DNA of 64,000 nt from Hyaloraphidium curvatum SAG 235-1 (GCA_025558095.1 JAIVFI010000045.1:62001-126000); one strand, 5' to 3'; positions 9,731-21,428 are shown, counted from the stretch's first letter. Notes: generated by a model not told the origin, from the sequence alone. Program-made: numbers and translations.

Positions 9731-10966
9731 CGGGTGTTTACCTGCAGGTTCGTTCACCCCTCGGCAAACGGGGATGCGGTGGGAGGCTGGAGAGGGGGTA
9801 CGACCGGGGGATGGGGATGGAGATCGACGGCGCGTCCGAGGCGTCGACGCCGAGCATGAGGACGGACGAGTGGGATGGTGAGGAGGAGTGGGGGGAGGAG
9901 GACCGAGGAGGATGGGGCTGCGGAACGTGAAGATGACGAGGAACCTGCTGGGACTCAAGAAGTCGGGGAAGAAGAGGCGGATGCGGAGGGTTGCGGTGGC
10001 GAGGACGGCGAAGGAAACTAGAGGAGCTTGGAGCATCGGATGGAGCGGAGACGGCGGGGTTGGAAGAAGCTCGAATGGGGCGGACGGGTTTCCCTCCTTG
10101 ATCCAGTACTGGCCTCGCTAGCGAGTGCGACCGCGGCGGGCACGATCCACCTCCGCCGCTTCCCTCCATCCGTCCCGCCCTGCTCCCCGCAGGCTCGGTC
10201 CCGGCCGCGCGTCCCGAGCTCCGCCCGCATCTCTTGCGCACGCCACCGCCGCCCATCCTTCCCCGGGACGCAGCACCGCCCTCGACCCCGCCCGCCCGCG
10301 TCCCCGTCATCCGCCCCCGCCGATGCGGTCCCTATCGGCCCGTGCGGCCGCGGACCGCACCGGCACAGCCCTGCGCTCCTCCCCGGCGGTGTTCCGCGAC
10401 GAAACCCGCCCGGCCAGGGAACTGCGATCCGCGGGATAATCCCGGCAGAAGGGGCGCCGCAGGTGCCGGGAAGCGGCGGCCGGACGCGGTCGGGCGGGGC
10501 CGGGTGGGGTTGGTCATTCGGCGTCTGGGGGGGGAGGCCGGGTGCGGTCTGGACCGCCGATGACGGTCCCTTGGCCGCGGGGGACCGGACGTTGGGGGGA
10601 TGGGGAGGCGGCGGGGGGGCCGCGGACGGGGCGGACTGCGGCGGAGTAAGGCCGACGGATGTTGTTGAGGGTGGATTCCGCGCGAGGAGCTCGGGGAAGA
10701 CGGCGGGCGGGGTCGATGGGATTCTTCGACGTAGGTGCGGGCCGTCATCCGGCCACGTCGTCCGGGGACCGAAAGGGGCGCGGAGGGCGAAAGCTGCCCG
10801 GCGGACCGGCGGTCTAACCTCACCAGGATTATTGCGGCGCGATCCCGGTGCTCCGGTGTCCGGCAGCCGCGATTGGCCGGTGTCGGGGTTGGCCGGCGGG
10901 CGGAGGCCTGGTTTTTTTTCGGACCGAACCGAAAACTGCTGACGTTCCCGCGCGGGCATTTGCGCG

Positions 10967-11752
10967 ATGGGCGCGCCGGCGCACCTGCCGGCATTGTTTG
11001 GCCTGGCGCACATGCCGCGGCCGCCGCCGCCGCCGCGGTGGCCGCTCCCCCGCGGGCCGCCGCGCTCGTCGACCGCCGACTCGGCCGCCACCGCGGTGGC
11101 ATACGCGTGCGCGCACTCGGCCGCGGGAGAGGGCGCGTGCTTCGCTTGCTTGGCGGAGCAGGCGGCACAGGGGGAGGGCGCGCGGGACGCCCCCCCCGCA
11201 AAGGGCGGCCCCGCCCCGACGGACGCCCCGCACTACGCCGACCTCATCCCCGTGATCCCCGTCTCGCTCGCCGCGCAGGCGTCGGCATCCAACTCGTCCT
11301 TCGGCTCGGCGTCGACGAGCAAGACCGTGCGCTTCGTCGAGGAGGTCACGGTGTGCTGGACCTGGTCCAAGGACGAGTACCGCGCGCGCTCGTCGTCGGC
11401 GCCCGACGTGGAGGGCGAGGACTGGTCCGACGACGAGACGGACCTCGGGGTGCCGCACCCGCCGACCTCCCCGCTGGTGGGCGCCGCCCCCGCGCCCGGC
11501 GCGCAGGCGAAACCGCAAGCGGACCCGTGGGCGCCGCCGCCGACCGCGCTGCACGACCCGCCTCCGAGCCCGGAGCCGCCCGACCCGCTGCAGACCCACG
11601 AGAGGGTGCTTTCCTGGGGGTCGGAGCAGTACTCGGACGCAGGCGCGCCGCCGTCCCCCCTGCGGAGCCCCTCGGCAGAGGCGATGGTGGCCAGGCTGTC
11701 GCGGCTGATGAACGCCGCGGACGAGGCGCTGGCGAAAATCGGGGCGGATTGA
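10967..11752 (+). CDS. Putative PP1-docking protein (Bni4/neurabin-like RVxF motif)
   Basis: KTVRFVEEVTVCWTWSKDEYR within a disordered Pro/Ser-rich 261-aa ORF. Confidence 0.65.
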   Translation: MGAPAHLPALFGLAHMPRPPPPPRWPLPRGPPRSSTADSAATAVAYACAHSAAGEGACFACLAEQAAQGEGARDAPPAKGGPAPTDAPHYADLIPVIPVSLAAQASASNSSFGSASTSKTVRFVEEVTVCWTWSKDEYRARSSSAPDVEGEDWSDDETDLGVPHPPTSPLVGAAPAPGAQAKPQADPWAPPPTALHDPPPSPEPPDPLQTHERVLSWGSEQYSDAGAPPSPLRSPSAEAMVARLSRLMNAADEALAKIGAD

Positions 11753-12214
11753 TTGGGGCGATGTTTTGGATAGGACTGCCCGGATGCTTGGAGGAGGTAT
11801 TGGGGACTGGGGCACGGAAGGGGACTGGGATGCGGCGGATACCCTAATTGCCGCACGGATTCGCGGACGTAGAAGGAGTCTTCGCGATGTAGATGCGGGG
11901 ACGGAACGTCTTTGTCGGGACCAGTGCAAGGGGATGAGGGCGTCCGCAGCGCACTTTTCGGTCCCGTGCGGCGCCGGAGGCCCGTCTCGATGCGCGGATC
12001 CCGCGATCCGGTCCCGAAGAGTGCAGGCAGAGTGCTTTGGACGGGTGATTGAGCGGGATGCGCGCGGGGGACCCTGCTGCCGGATATGGTTTATTGGGGC
12101 TGCGCCGACGCTTCCGTTGCTCTCTCTCCGGCAACCCATCGCGCGCTCTTTCACCGCGATCCGCCCTTCCGTCCCCTCCGCGCCCCGGCGGATCGCGCCT
12201 TCCGCGCCGCCAGC

Positions 12215-13648
12215 ATGCCGCGGCCGGCGCATCGCGGCGCGGCCCTGCTCGCCCTCCTCCTCGCCGCCCTCCTCCCCTCCGCGCTCTCCACCGACCCATC
12301 GCTTCACCCTCCCCGCCTGCGCCTCCTCTCGCACCCGCACCGCCGCAGCCTGTTCAACCCCACCGCCCCCGAGGCCGTCCGCGCCCCCTGGACCGGCCCC
12401 GTGCGGGAGCTGCGGTACCGCGGGTACAACCTGCGGGTGCCGCAGACGCCGCCGAGGGATCCCAACACGACGCAGGGCGTCAGCTGCACGTGGCAGGGGT
12501 GCGACGACGATTACTACCTGTACGGGTGCTGGGACTACCCCAAGAAGGCGGTCGTGAGCTTCGACGACGGGCCGAGGTGGGTCGCCCCTTCGCCCGCTTC
12601 CGAGTTGGGGCGGGGCTGATGGGATGGCAGCCGCTGGACGGGGGAGCTGCTGGACGTGCTCAGGGACAACGGGATGAAGGCCGTGTTCTGCTACCTCGGC
12701 ATGCAGGTGGAAAAGTACCCCGAGATCGTCAAGCGGACCGCGGACGAGGGGCACGAGCTGTGCATCCACAGGTGGGCCGCCCTCCTCCCCGCAGGCCCGC
12801 GGACAACGCTGACCCGCGCCGGCGACAGCTGGAACCACGGCCAGATGACGGAAATGTCGGACGAGGCCGTCGTCGACCAGCTCGTGCAGACGCAGGAGGC
12901 CATCCGCAACGCCACGGGCGGCCGCACGGCCTTCTGGTTCCGCCCGCCCTTCGGTTCCCTCGACATCCGCGTGAAATGGATCGCGGAGCAGCTGGGGTTC
13001 AAGTTCCTGTTCTGGTACTCGGACACGGAGGACTGGCGCTGGGCCCTGGGCACCACCGAGGAGCAGGTCGCCGGCGCGCTGCGGACCTACTCGCGCGACC
13101 TCAGGCCGGAGAACCGCACCTCCCCGATCTTCCTCGCCCACGACATGCACCGCGGGTCCAACCTCGTCATGCCGCAGGTCAAGCGCCTCGCGGCCGAGTC
13201 GGGTTATGAGCTGGTGTCGGCGCGGGAATGCACCAAGCTCTCCCCGGCCTTCTGGAACTGGCAGCCGCCCGTGTGGCAGCCCGCCACGGGGACGCACGGG
13301 AACTACTCGCTGTTCGAGGGGCGGTACGACGGCGTGGGCGGCCACCCGAACCAGACGGGGGTGCTGGCGAGCGAGTGGGTGCCCAAGGTGTTCCCGCAGT
13401 TCGCTTCCATGTTCCAGGACTCGCCCGTGACCTCCACGGCGGCGTCGACGGCCAGCAGGACGGGGACGCTGGTGGTGCTGTCGACCGCGGCGCCGGCGGC
13501 GACGACGCGGGTGGAGGCGGTGCCGACGCAGGCGGTGGTGGTGAGCACCAGCACGAGCAGGCCGTCGGGTGCGGGCGGGAGGGAGCGGGGGACGGCGGGG
13601 TTGGTGTTGGCGGCGGCGGGCGCTGCGTTGGGAGCGCTGGTGCTCTGA
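12215..13648 (+). CDS. Secreted, GPI-anchored polysaccharide (chitin) deacetylase, family CE4
   Basis: Signal peptide, SFDDGP, H(S)WNH, FRPPFG, DTEDW, IFLAHD, a Ser/Thr tail and a hydrophobic C-terminus. Two introns. Confidence 0.93.
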
Positions 13649-13739
13649 GCGGAGGGCGGTGGAACGGGCGCGTAGAATACCCTGTCTCTCGAGATCACCT
13701 CTACATCCATTGTTTACTGCAACGCATCGGAGAGCCAAG

Positions 13740-15206
13740 TCATCCAACTCCCCAAACGTCCATGGGAAGCAAGGAAACAAACGCACATCCGTCTGCATCC
13801 GGATCGGCCGCTGCCAAGTGAAGCAGGCTACTGGAACAGGTCCGCATCGATCTGGAGCTTCCCGGGGATGACCCGCAGCCTCTCGCGGATCTCGCCCCGC
13901 ATGGCCTAATCCAGCTGCGCGACCTCGCGGCTCCAGTACTCGTGCAGTGCGCGATCCGCCGGGGCGCGAGGGCCGCCTCAAAGTCCGCCGGCATCTCGAT
14001 GCTTTGTCCGGGAGCGGCGTTCTGTGGGCATTTGCGCACGTGCCTGTGGGCGTCGTGGCCGCAGTACGCCCCGCACCAGAAGCAGATGGCGGCTTTGCAG
14101 CTTGAACACTTCAGAGCCGCGCACCCGCCGTCCGCGATGTGGTATGCCAAACGGCATTTGGGGCACGTGAGTGTAAGGATCTCCTCGGCAATGCACCCCG
14201 CGTGGAAGGAAGCGACCTTTCCCTCGGCAAGGATCCGGCGCTCCCGTTCGAGCTCTGCTTGGTACGCGCGACGCTGCTCAGCGATGATTCGGCTCTCGAC
14301 CTTCAGCTTCATCGCCGCCATGTAGGCCTTGAAGCACTCCTCGGAGACGATACCCGCGAGCTCCTTGAGCGAAAACGGCGGGGCCAAGCACTGCGGTTTG
14401 TAGCAGCGCAGCAGGTGCCCGTCCTCCTCCAGGCGTGCTCTCTCTTCTGGTTCTGCGAGAACCTTGAGATTCCTCTCGGTGCAGTCCCTGCAGGCGAAGT
14501 GGCCCTTGGCACACACAAGCCCGTGCTTGATGCGCGCACGTTCTAAGCATATCTCACAAGTCTCGAGCATCTCCTTCTGGATCCGATCCCACTCGGCCTG
14601 GGGGTCGCGGCTACGAGGGAGCAGGATCCTCGCGGCCTCCAGCTCGCGGCGGGCCTCCGAAGCGGCGAACTCGTTCCGGAAGTGGTGCGAGGCGATCGCG
14701 GCGTCCAGTGCGGCAAGGAACTGCAGCACGCGCTCGGTGTCTTCCTCGTGCATGAGCAGGGCGGAGCGGGCTGCTCGCAGCTGCCAGGTGAGGGGTCTCG
14801 TGGCGCCGTCGGCACCGCGGGTGTCAAGGCCGAGGAAGAACTCGCGCGCGGCGCGCACGGGCTCAGCCAGCGCCACAGAATCCGTTGGCCGCCGACGGTG
14901 CACCAACTTGGCAATCTCGGGCAGGCGCTTCGACCAGAACGAGGTCATGGCGCTGGTGACGCTCGTCGGCGCCCATGGCGGCCGCTGCGAGCCGACAAAA
15001 ATGCACGCTTCCAGCATCGCGCCGTGTACCGGTACGCCGTAAAGAGCCACGCATCCGTCGGCCACCGCCCTTGCCCCCGGGCGCCCGACGCCCGTGACGC
15101 CGCACCAGTCCGAACCCGGGAACTCGTCTGTAGGCCGCCCATCCAGGAGCAGGATGCCCGCGTTGAGGGCAGCGAGCCCGGCGACGAGCCGACCTGCCCC
15201 ACGCAT
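13740..15206 (-). pseudogene. RING + Rcat (RBR-like) E3 ubiquitin ligase, disrupted C-terminus, no clear N-terminus of its own
   Basis: RING1: CEIC..CAKGHFACRDC..CYKPQC. Rcat: LTCPKC..GGCAALKCSSCKAAICFWC..DAHRHVRKC. The apparent C-terminal continuation (LHEYWSREVAQLD*AMRGEI..) is frameshifted and contains a stop. Confidence 0.7.
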
Positions 15207-16298
15207 CGCCGGGGGCGCCGCAAACGGAGGCCCAGAAGGCGTGCTCGGAAGCGGGGAAGGAGGAGGGGATAGAGAGGTCAAGGCGGAGCACCTTCCCCGC
15301 GCTTAGTGCGGCACGGAGTGCCGGCATCGCCTCCGGATCCAGGGTTCCGCGCGTGGCGCATACGACGAGCCTCGGGAGAGGGTGCGGGAGGTCCGCGATG
15401 CGCGCGAGGAACCGGCTCGGCACCCCGCGGATGTGCACGGCTTTCGGCGGGGTCGGAAGGATGCCGATCGCGGGAAGCAGACCGGTGCCATCGTCATCCG
15501 AGGGGAGCGCGAGGAGCTTGTCGAGGGCGAGTTTGTGCAGCGGGATGCCGGCTTCGTCCAGCTGGCCGAACACCACAGGGTCCGCGCGCAGCGTGCGCAG
15601 GACGCGGAGCGCGGGTTTCCAGGCCAGGGGATCCTCGACCCTGCCGATGTCGTCCAGTAGGTGCAGCTCGGCGATCCCAGGCGCCCAGGTGCGGATGTTG
15701 GCCAGGACCAGCTCGGGCTTGTTGATGCAAAGGTGGACCAGAAAGACAGCCTGCCCACGGTGTGGATCCTGATTATCCAGGGGCGCCGCGGCAGGGGACC
15801 GCAGAACTCCAGCGCTTCCGCGGCGGAAGTCTGCAGGTCGAGGTCCAGCTCGACCAGACTCGGGTGGGAACCGGCCAGAGCGTTGGCCAGCGCAGGGAGC
15901 TGTGCCCGGCTCTTGGCCGCGGTCTTGAGGCTCCGCAGCTGCGAGCATTTTGACAGCAACCGCGAGAGCTGAGCGGAAGGGACGCCGGCGTAGCCCCTGA
16001 ACTCCTGCATGCCCGTGTCGATGGAACGGACGTGCCGGAACTTGTCCGTCCGCAGGCCGTCCTTCAGGAACGCCGCCAGCATCTCCTTGCCACCGCGCGG
16101 GTCGCGGGCAAAGCGCAGGTCGAGGTGGCGCAGGAGGACCGGCAGGCCGGCGCGGTAGTGCACCTTGGAAAGGAGGATGAACTTGAGGAGCTGCCGCTTC
16201 CGTCGGAGAAGAAACTCGGCCACCCGGGCAAGCACGGCCGGCGGCAGCGCGGGGGCTGTCACGGCCGTGACGGTCGCGTCCTTCTGAGCCCTCGGCAT
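15185..16298 (-). pseudogene. F-box-like/LRR-like protein with a frameshift near 15720-15780
   Basis: N-terminus LPPAVLARVAEFL..LLSKVHYRAGLPVLLRHLDL resembles the 52702 gene. LxxLxL repeats continue in a second frame to EHAFWASV. Confidence 0.65.
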
Positions 16299-16647
16299 TG
16301 CGGAAAGATGAGCGAGAAGGCCTTCGATTCGGGAAGAAAATGCTGATGATCCGGGACGGTTGTACCCGCACGCGCCGCGCCCGGCATGGCGGGTCGTCCT
16401 CGGCCGACGCAAATCTCGGGCGGCGGAGGACGCGTCTGTTCACCGATTCTCGCACCGTCTGTACAGTGTCTTTCAAGGACGAACGTTTCTGCTCAGAGCA
16501 CACGTGGACTTGATTCAACTTCGTCCTTCCGACCGCTTTGTCACCCAGACCCCGAAGGTCTCCGCATCGCCACAACAAGCCCGATACTCGGGCAGAAGAC
16601 CCAATCTCCTCTATCTTGAAGTCCATTTCGACCGTCACTGCCTGTCG

Positions 16648-17679
16648 ATGGCGGCGCGACGCGTCGTGCGCTTCGGCCTCCCCGGGCTGGACCGCGCGTT
16701 CGCCGACATCCTCTCCTCCGCCGGCGTGCACCTCGACACCATTCCGCTGGACACGCCGGAAGACGTCGCCTTTGAAACCCTCTCGAAAGCGGACGTGTAC
16801 CAGATTTCCTCCGCCAAGGACGAGCTGGGCGCACGGTTCGCCGCCGGCCCGGGCCTCCTCGTGCGGTGCCCGAGCCTGCAGATGGTCTCGACCAACGGCG
16901 CCGGCTTCGACACGGTCGACGTGGCAGCATGCACCGCCGCCGGCGTTCTTGTCGCGAACCAATCGGGCGCCAACGCCGCCGCCGTCGCCGAGCACACGAT
17001 CGGGTTCCTTTTGACGCTGGTCAAGAGGATCGGCGAGAGCGACCGCCGCCTACGTGCTCCCCAGCGTGGGTTTGTGAGGGAGGACCTCATGGGCCGCGAA
17101 GTCGGCGGCCGCACGATTGGCCTGGTCGGCATCGGCCACGTCGGCACCAAGGTCGCCGCGCTGTCCCGCGCCCTGGGCATGCGCGTGCTCGCCACCGACC
17201 CGCTCCTCGCGCCCGAGGAGATCGTCCGCCGCGGTGCGGACCCCGTCGGCTTCGAAGACCTGCTCGCCCGCTCGGACGTGGTTTCGCTGCACTGCCCCCG
17301 CGACGCCTCCACCGCGGGTCTCTTCTCCGCCTCCGCCTTCTCCCGCATGAAACCCGGCTCGCTGTTCCTCACCACCGCCCGCGGCGGCATCCACTCCGAG
17401 GCCGCGCTGTACGACGCCCTCGCGTCGGGGCACCTCGCCGGCGCGGGCGTGGACGTGTGGGACAAGGAACCGCCGCCGGCGGACCACCCGCTGCTGTCGC
17501 TGCCCAACGTGGTCGCCACCTTCCACACCGCGGGGGTCACGTTCGAGGCGAGGAAGGCAATGGCGGAGTGGGCGGCGGAGCAGATCGTTGGGCTGTTCAA
17601 GGGAGAGGTGCCGCCACGCCTTGTGAATCCCGAGGCGTTGCCGGCATGGAAGGAGAGGTTCGGAGGAAGGGCCGTGTGA
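16648..17679 (+). CDS. D-isomer-specific 2-hydroxyacid dehydrogenase (SerA-like), intronless
   Basis: GAGFDTVDV, NAAAVAEH, GLVGIGHVG, SDVVSLHCP, TARGGI, AGVDVWDKEP and HTAG motifs. Confidence 0.95.
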   Translation: MAARRVVRFGLPGLDRAFADILSSAGVHLDTIPLDTPEDVAFETLSKADVYQISSAKDELGARFAAGPGLLVRCPSLQMVSTNGAGFDTVDVAACTAAGVLVANQSGANAAAVAEHTIGFLLTLVKRIGESDRRLRAPQRGFVREDLMGREVGGRTIGLVGIGHVGTKVAALSRALGMRVLATDPLLAPEEIVRRGADPVGFEDLLARSDVVSLHCPRDASTAGLFSASAFSRMKPGSLFLTTARGGIHSEAALYDALASGHLAGAGVDVWDKEPPPADHPLLSLPNVVATFHTAGVTFEARKAMAEWAAEQIVGLFKGEVPPRLVNPEALPAWKERFGGRAV

Positions 17680-17748
17680 CAAATCGATGCTGTTGGGCCA
17701 GATCATGTATTGGCTTTCCATAACCAGAACACTCCGACCCCTCCCCCC

Positions 17749-19975
17749 TCAGCCCGCCGAACTCTGCGGCACCCACGCCGCCAGGTCCCTCTCGCTCGTC
17801 AGCACGATCTTGGCAAACGTCCGTGTCGGATTCTGCGGTTCGACCGCCTCGACGACGAAGGTGCCCATCTGCGAGGGCAGAACCACCCGCTCCCCAGTTT
17901 CGTCCAGAACCGGGGACGACGCCGGGACGACGCCGAGGGCCTCCATGGTGCGCCGGAAATTGTCCGCGACCTTCTTGGCCGGCGCCCCGTAGCATGTCCC
18001 GATCCCGTCCAGGTACCTCGCGATCACCCGCAGGTCGTGCGCGTGCCCGCTCGCCTCGACCGCGGCCGCCAGCTCCCCGGGCGGAAGCCTGGCCTTCATC
18101 ACCCCCACCGCGGCCATGTTCAGAGCGCCGATCAGCGAGAGCGCCGTGATGGAGAGCTGGTGCAGGCCCTTGCGCGAAGGGTCGGCGCGCATCTGCCCTT
18201 CCGCCATGCGGACAAAAAGCACCGACCCCTCCAGCACGGGCAGGAACCCTGGTGACGAGAAGAGCCTTTCGTCTGCAGTTGCGGGGTCCCCCTGGATCCA
18301 GTGCTCCGCCTTGTAGGCGTGCATGTGCGTGAGGACGACCCAGAAGAGGTGCGCCGACGCGTCCGAGGCAAAGTGCGCCCCCGCCGAGGCGAAGAAGGGC
18401 GCGGCGTCGCCTTGGGCCGCGGCGGGGCCGAAGGCGGGGGGAAGGTGCCTGAACATCGCCGCGCAGAGGGACTCAAAGACCTGCACAAGGTCGCAGTACG
18501 TTAGTTCCGCGTGGGTCAGCTCGTGCGGCTCCTTGGCGACAGTCCGGAGCGTCTCGACCCCGGACCGCAGGGCAAAGGAGCGCATCCGGAGCCGCAAATG
18601 TCGCAGGAAGTTGGCGAGCAGGACCGCGGAAAACACGGGGCTCGCCCGCCATAGGAATGCGGGCTCGATGAGCGAGGCAACGAGGCGTTCGCCCGTCGGG
18701 GCGTCCGGGGTCGCCAGGAAGGGCCGGAAATCGACGGTAGCACGGTCGTCGTCCGAACTCTCGGCGCCATGCAGTTCTCGGAAGGCGAAATCCGGATCCT
18801 GGTGCTCGAAGTAGACGTCGTGGCACGGGAGGTCGAAACGCGGGGCGAGCTCGAAGAAATCCGGGTCCCCGTCCCGGTTGCTCACGTAGGCAAAGATAAG
18901 ATGGAAGTTCATCATGGCGATCCACAGACGGCGGCAAATCTCCCCCATGATCCAGTCCGCAACGTTGCGGGGGGGTCCGGAGGGCAGGAGGACGCCGGAG
19001 CGGCCGACGCAGAGCTTCCGCAGCACGCGCAGGCCCAGCTGAAAGATCCCTTCCGCCCGACCGGCAATCCCGAGCGAGACCATGACCTGAACAACCAGAA
19101 AGATAGTCTGGACGGCCTCAATCTCCGTCATCCTGCCACCGCCTCCGCTCCCGAGTCCCTCCACGAAGCCCGCGAGGATCAAATCCCGCGCACGTTCCAC
19201 GCAGAGCCGCGCGATCCATAGGCGTTCGGCATCCGTGAGCGCGAAACCGTCCACGAGCCGCGCGCCCTGGGCCGCCGCGGCGTAGAACAAGGCGAGCGGC
19301 CTGGCGGCGCGGTAAACCGAGCTGTTCCCGGCAGCCACGGCATCCTGGAACGTCTTGCGGTGCACAACCGGGTGCGCCGCGTTGCAATCCTCGAAAAAGG
19401 CGGTGACGCAGGCCGCGATGAGTCCCGAGCGGGGCAGGGTCTCGAACGGCGGAAAGGCCAGCGTGAAAAGTGGTTGGGAATTGGCCTCAGGCATCCACGG
19501 GGTTCTAATGCTGCCGGCAAAAGTGCCAAAAGCGACCCCGGTGACCGAATGTGACGGTGGGGAGGAGCCGAAGCCGGACTCAAGGTGAGCAGGCAGAAAG
19601 ATGCGCTCCAGGGGCGAATCGGGGCTCGACGGCGACGCCCCAGCAGAAAGTCGCTCCACCGCCACGCCTCCCACGTCCTGCCCCCGGCCGAGCTCGGCCT
19701 TTCGCAGCCGCTCCCTCTGACGTCTCGAGAGCTCGAACGTCTGGGGGACACAGGGCCGCCGCAGGCGGGCACACCGCATGCACGGGCCGCCCATAGGGCT
19801 GGAATGACATCGCTTTTTGTCGGAGTGACAGCCAGCACTGGGTCGGACGAGATTGGCCGGGGTAGGCGAGTGAGTGAACGAGGCGGCTTCCGAGGGGAAA
19901 GGCCCACCAGCTCGCCCGGTCCGGGCCCTCGGCCACGGCGCTCCGAGCGGTCCTGTCGGTGCCCTCATGCGCCAT
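17749..19975 (-). CDS. Zn2Cys6 + Fungal_trans transcription factor (copy A)
   Basis: Splicing restores SCAGCHSDKKRCHSSPMGGPCMRCARLRRPC, followed by the HPVVHRKTF middle homology region. Confidence 0.92.
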
Positions 19976-20059
19976 GGGCCGGCGGCCACCCGGCGGCCGA
20001 GTCGGCCGCCGCCAAGTCAAGGACGGTTTGTGGTGGCGTCGTTCAGACCCGTTTTGGAC

Positions 20060-20277
20060 CCGCGGCCGCCGTCCGTCCCCGCGCAACTCCGCAAGGGACG
20101 CTTTACGACATCACTTCGTGGTTGGAAGATACAGTGCCTTAGACGATGGGCGCCTTTCGTACTACTTGGGTGTATACAGCGCCAACCACCTCCCCGGTCG
20201 TGCGTTTCGCATTCCCAAGTTTACCGCACCCCAGACCAGACGCCGACCATACAGCAAGCCCGCGAAAGCTAGATATT
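20060..20277. repeat. Diverged direct repeat, copy 1 (about 200 bp)
   Basis: Shares GCAAGGGACGC, CTTGGGTGTA.ACAGCGCCAACC.CCTCCCCG, GCATTCCCAAGTT and CCCGCGAAAGC.AGATATT with 21207-21410. Confidence 0.85.
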
Positions 20278-20414
20278 GGCTCCGGAGTGTGCTACGAGGT
20301 TTCAGTGTTACGACCCCCTGTGGACGAGTAGATGGGGCAGGAATGCAGGAAGGAACAACTCGGTCGCCCATGAACTCATGAAGATGATTTTCTGCGCGTC
20401 TTAACACGGGTTCA

Positions 20415-20796
20415 TCAAAGCGTGCAAGTGCCGCTGACGCAGGTGCCCTGGCCCGTCATGCAGGTGTTGCCCGGGCAGCAAGCGTCGCCGTCCATCGCGA
20501 CGCACGTGCAGACATCCGCGTTGGAGCATTCCAAGTTCTGCCCCGAGCAGAGGCCTTCGCAGCAAGCCGCCCCGACGGTGGTGCCGCACGCGTAGCGCCG
20601 GTAGAGCTGGTGCGCGGAGCTGTACTTGGTGCAGGAAACCGCAGCTTCACCGGCGATGTGTTCGCCTGCGGCCCAGGGTGGCTTCAGAGTGATGCGGGCG
20701 CCCGGAACGGCAGCGCAACTTTACAGTAGAAGCCTTCGGCGCACTCGGCGCAGCTCGAGCGCTTCACGATGATTTCCTCGGGCGGCGGATGAGACC
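20415..20796 (-). CDS. Small cysteine-rich peptide precursor (5' exon not identified)
   Basis: Exons 20796-20725 and 20665-20415 are joined by a GT-AG intron (20724-20666). They give SHPPPEEIIVKRSSCAECAEGFYCEHIAGEAAVSCTKYSSAHQLYRRYACGTTVGAACCEGLCSGQNLECSNADVCTCVAMDGDACCPGNTCMTGQGTCVSGTCTL*. Confidence 0.7.
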
Positions 20797-21206
20797 CTAT
20801 AAAGCGGGACACAAAGGTCTCTCTCCCGCTTCCCCGTCCAGCCTAATTTGGGTCACATCTGGAGACGTTTCTGTTGGCCTGGATGAATTCGGTAGTTCGT
20901 ATTGCCGTCGAGCCGGCAGTCCAACGGAAAGGAATCGTGCCATCCGGCGAAGGCGAGACTGCAAGTAAAAGATCCCGGCATCCTTCTGCGGGATCGGACT
21001 GCGGCGCAGGCGAGCGTCGTCTGCCGGCTGACGGGGGCCCGGGTCCTAATTGCGCGACACCGATCCACCTGTCCCTTGCGGCAGGTGGATCGGAGAAGGA
21101 TACGACGACTGCGCTTCGATCTATGTCGAGCTACATCATTGCCCTGTCCGATCCGTGGCCGACCGAAAGCACCACCGTCCCCTCCACACCTGATGCATGT
21201 TGGGCC

Positions 21207-21410
21207 CGCGGCCGTCTCTTCCCGCACAACCCTGCAAGGGACGCGCTACGATACAACTTCAACATTGATGGATGAGAGAGTACCTCGGGCCACGGACGCC
21301 ATTCGTACAACTTGGGTGTACACAGCGCCAACCGCCTCCCCGAATCGTGCGTCGCATTCCCAAGTTCCTCGCAGCCGATCATACGGCAAACCCCGCGAAA
21401 GCGAGATATT
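21207..21410. repeat. Diverged direct repeat, copy 2
   Basis: Aligns by eye with 20060-20277 and lies immediately 3' of TF copy B. Confidence 0.85.
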
Positions 21411-21428
21411 CCGTCCCTCTGTACACCC

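Noticed and set aside
10829-13981. 1050-aa minus-strand ORF, and similar long Arg/Pro/Gly-rich ORFs throughout the window
   Set aside because: Antisense or off-frame shadows of real GC-rich genes; no domain motifs.
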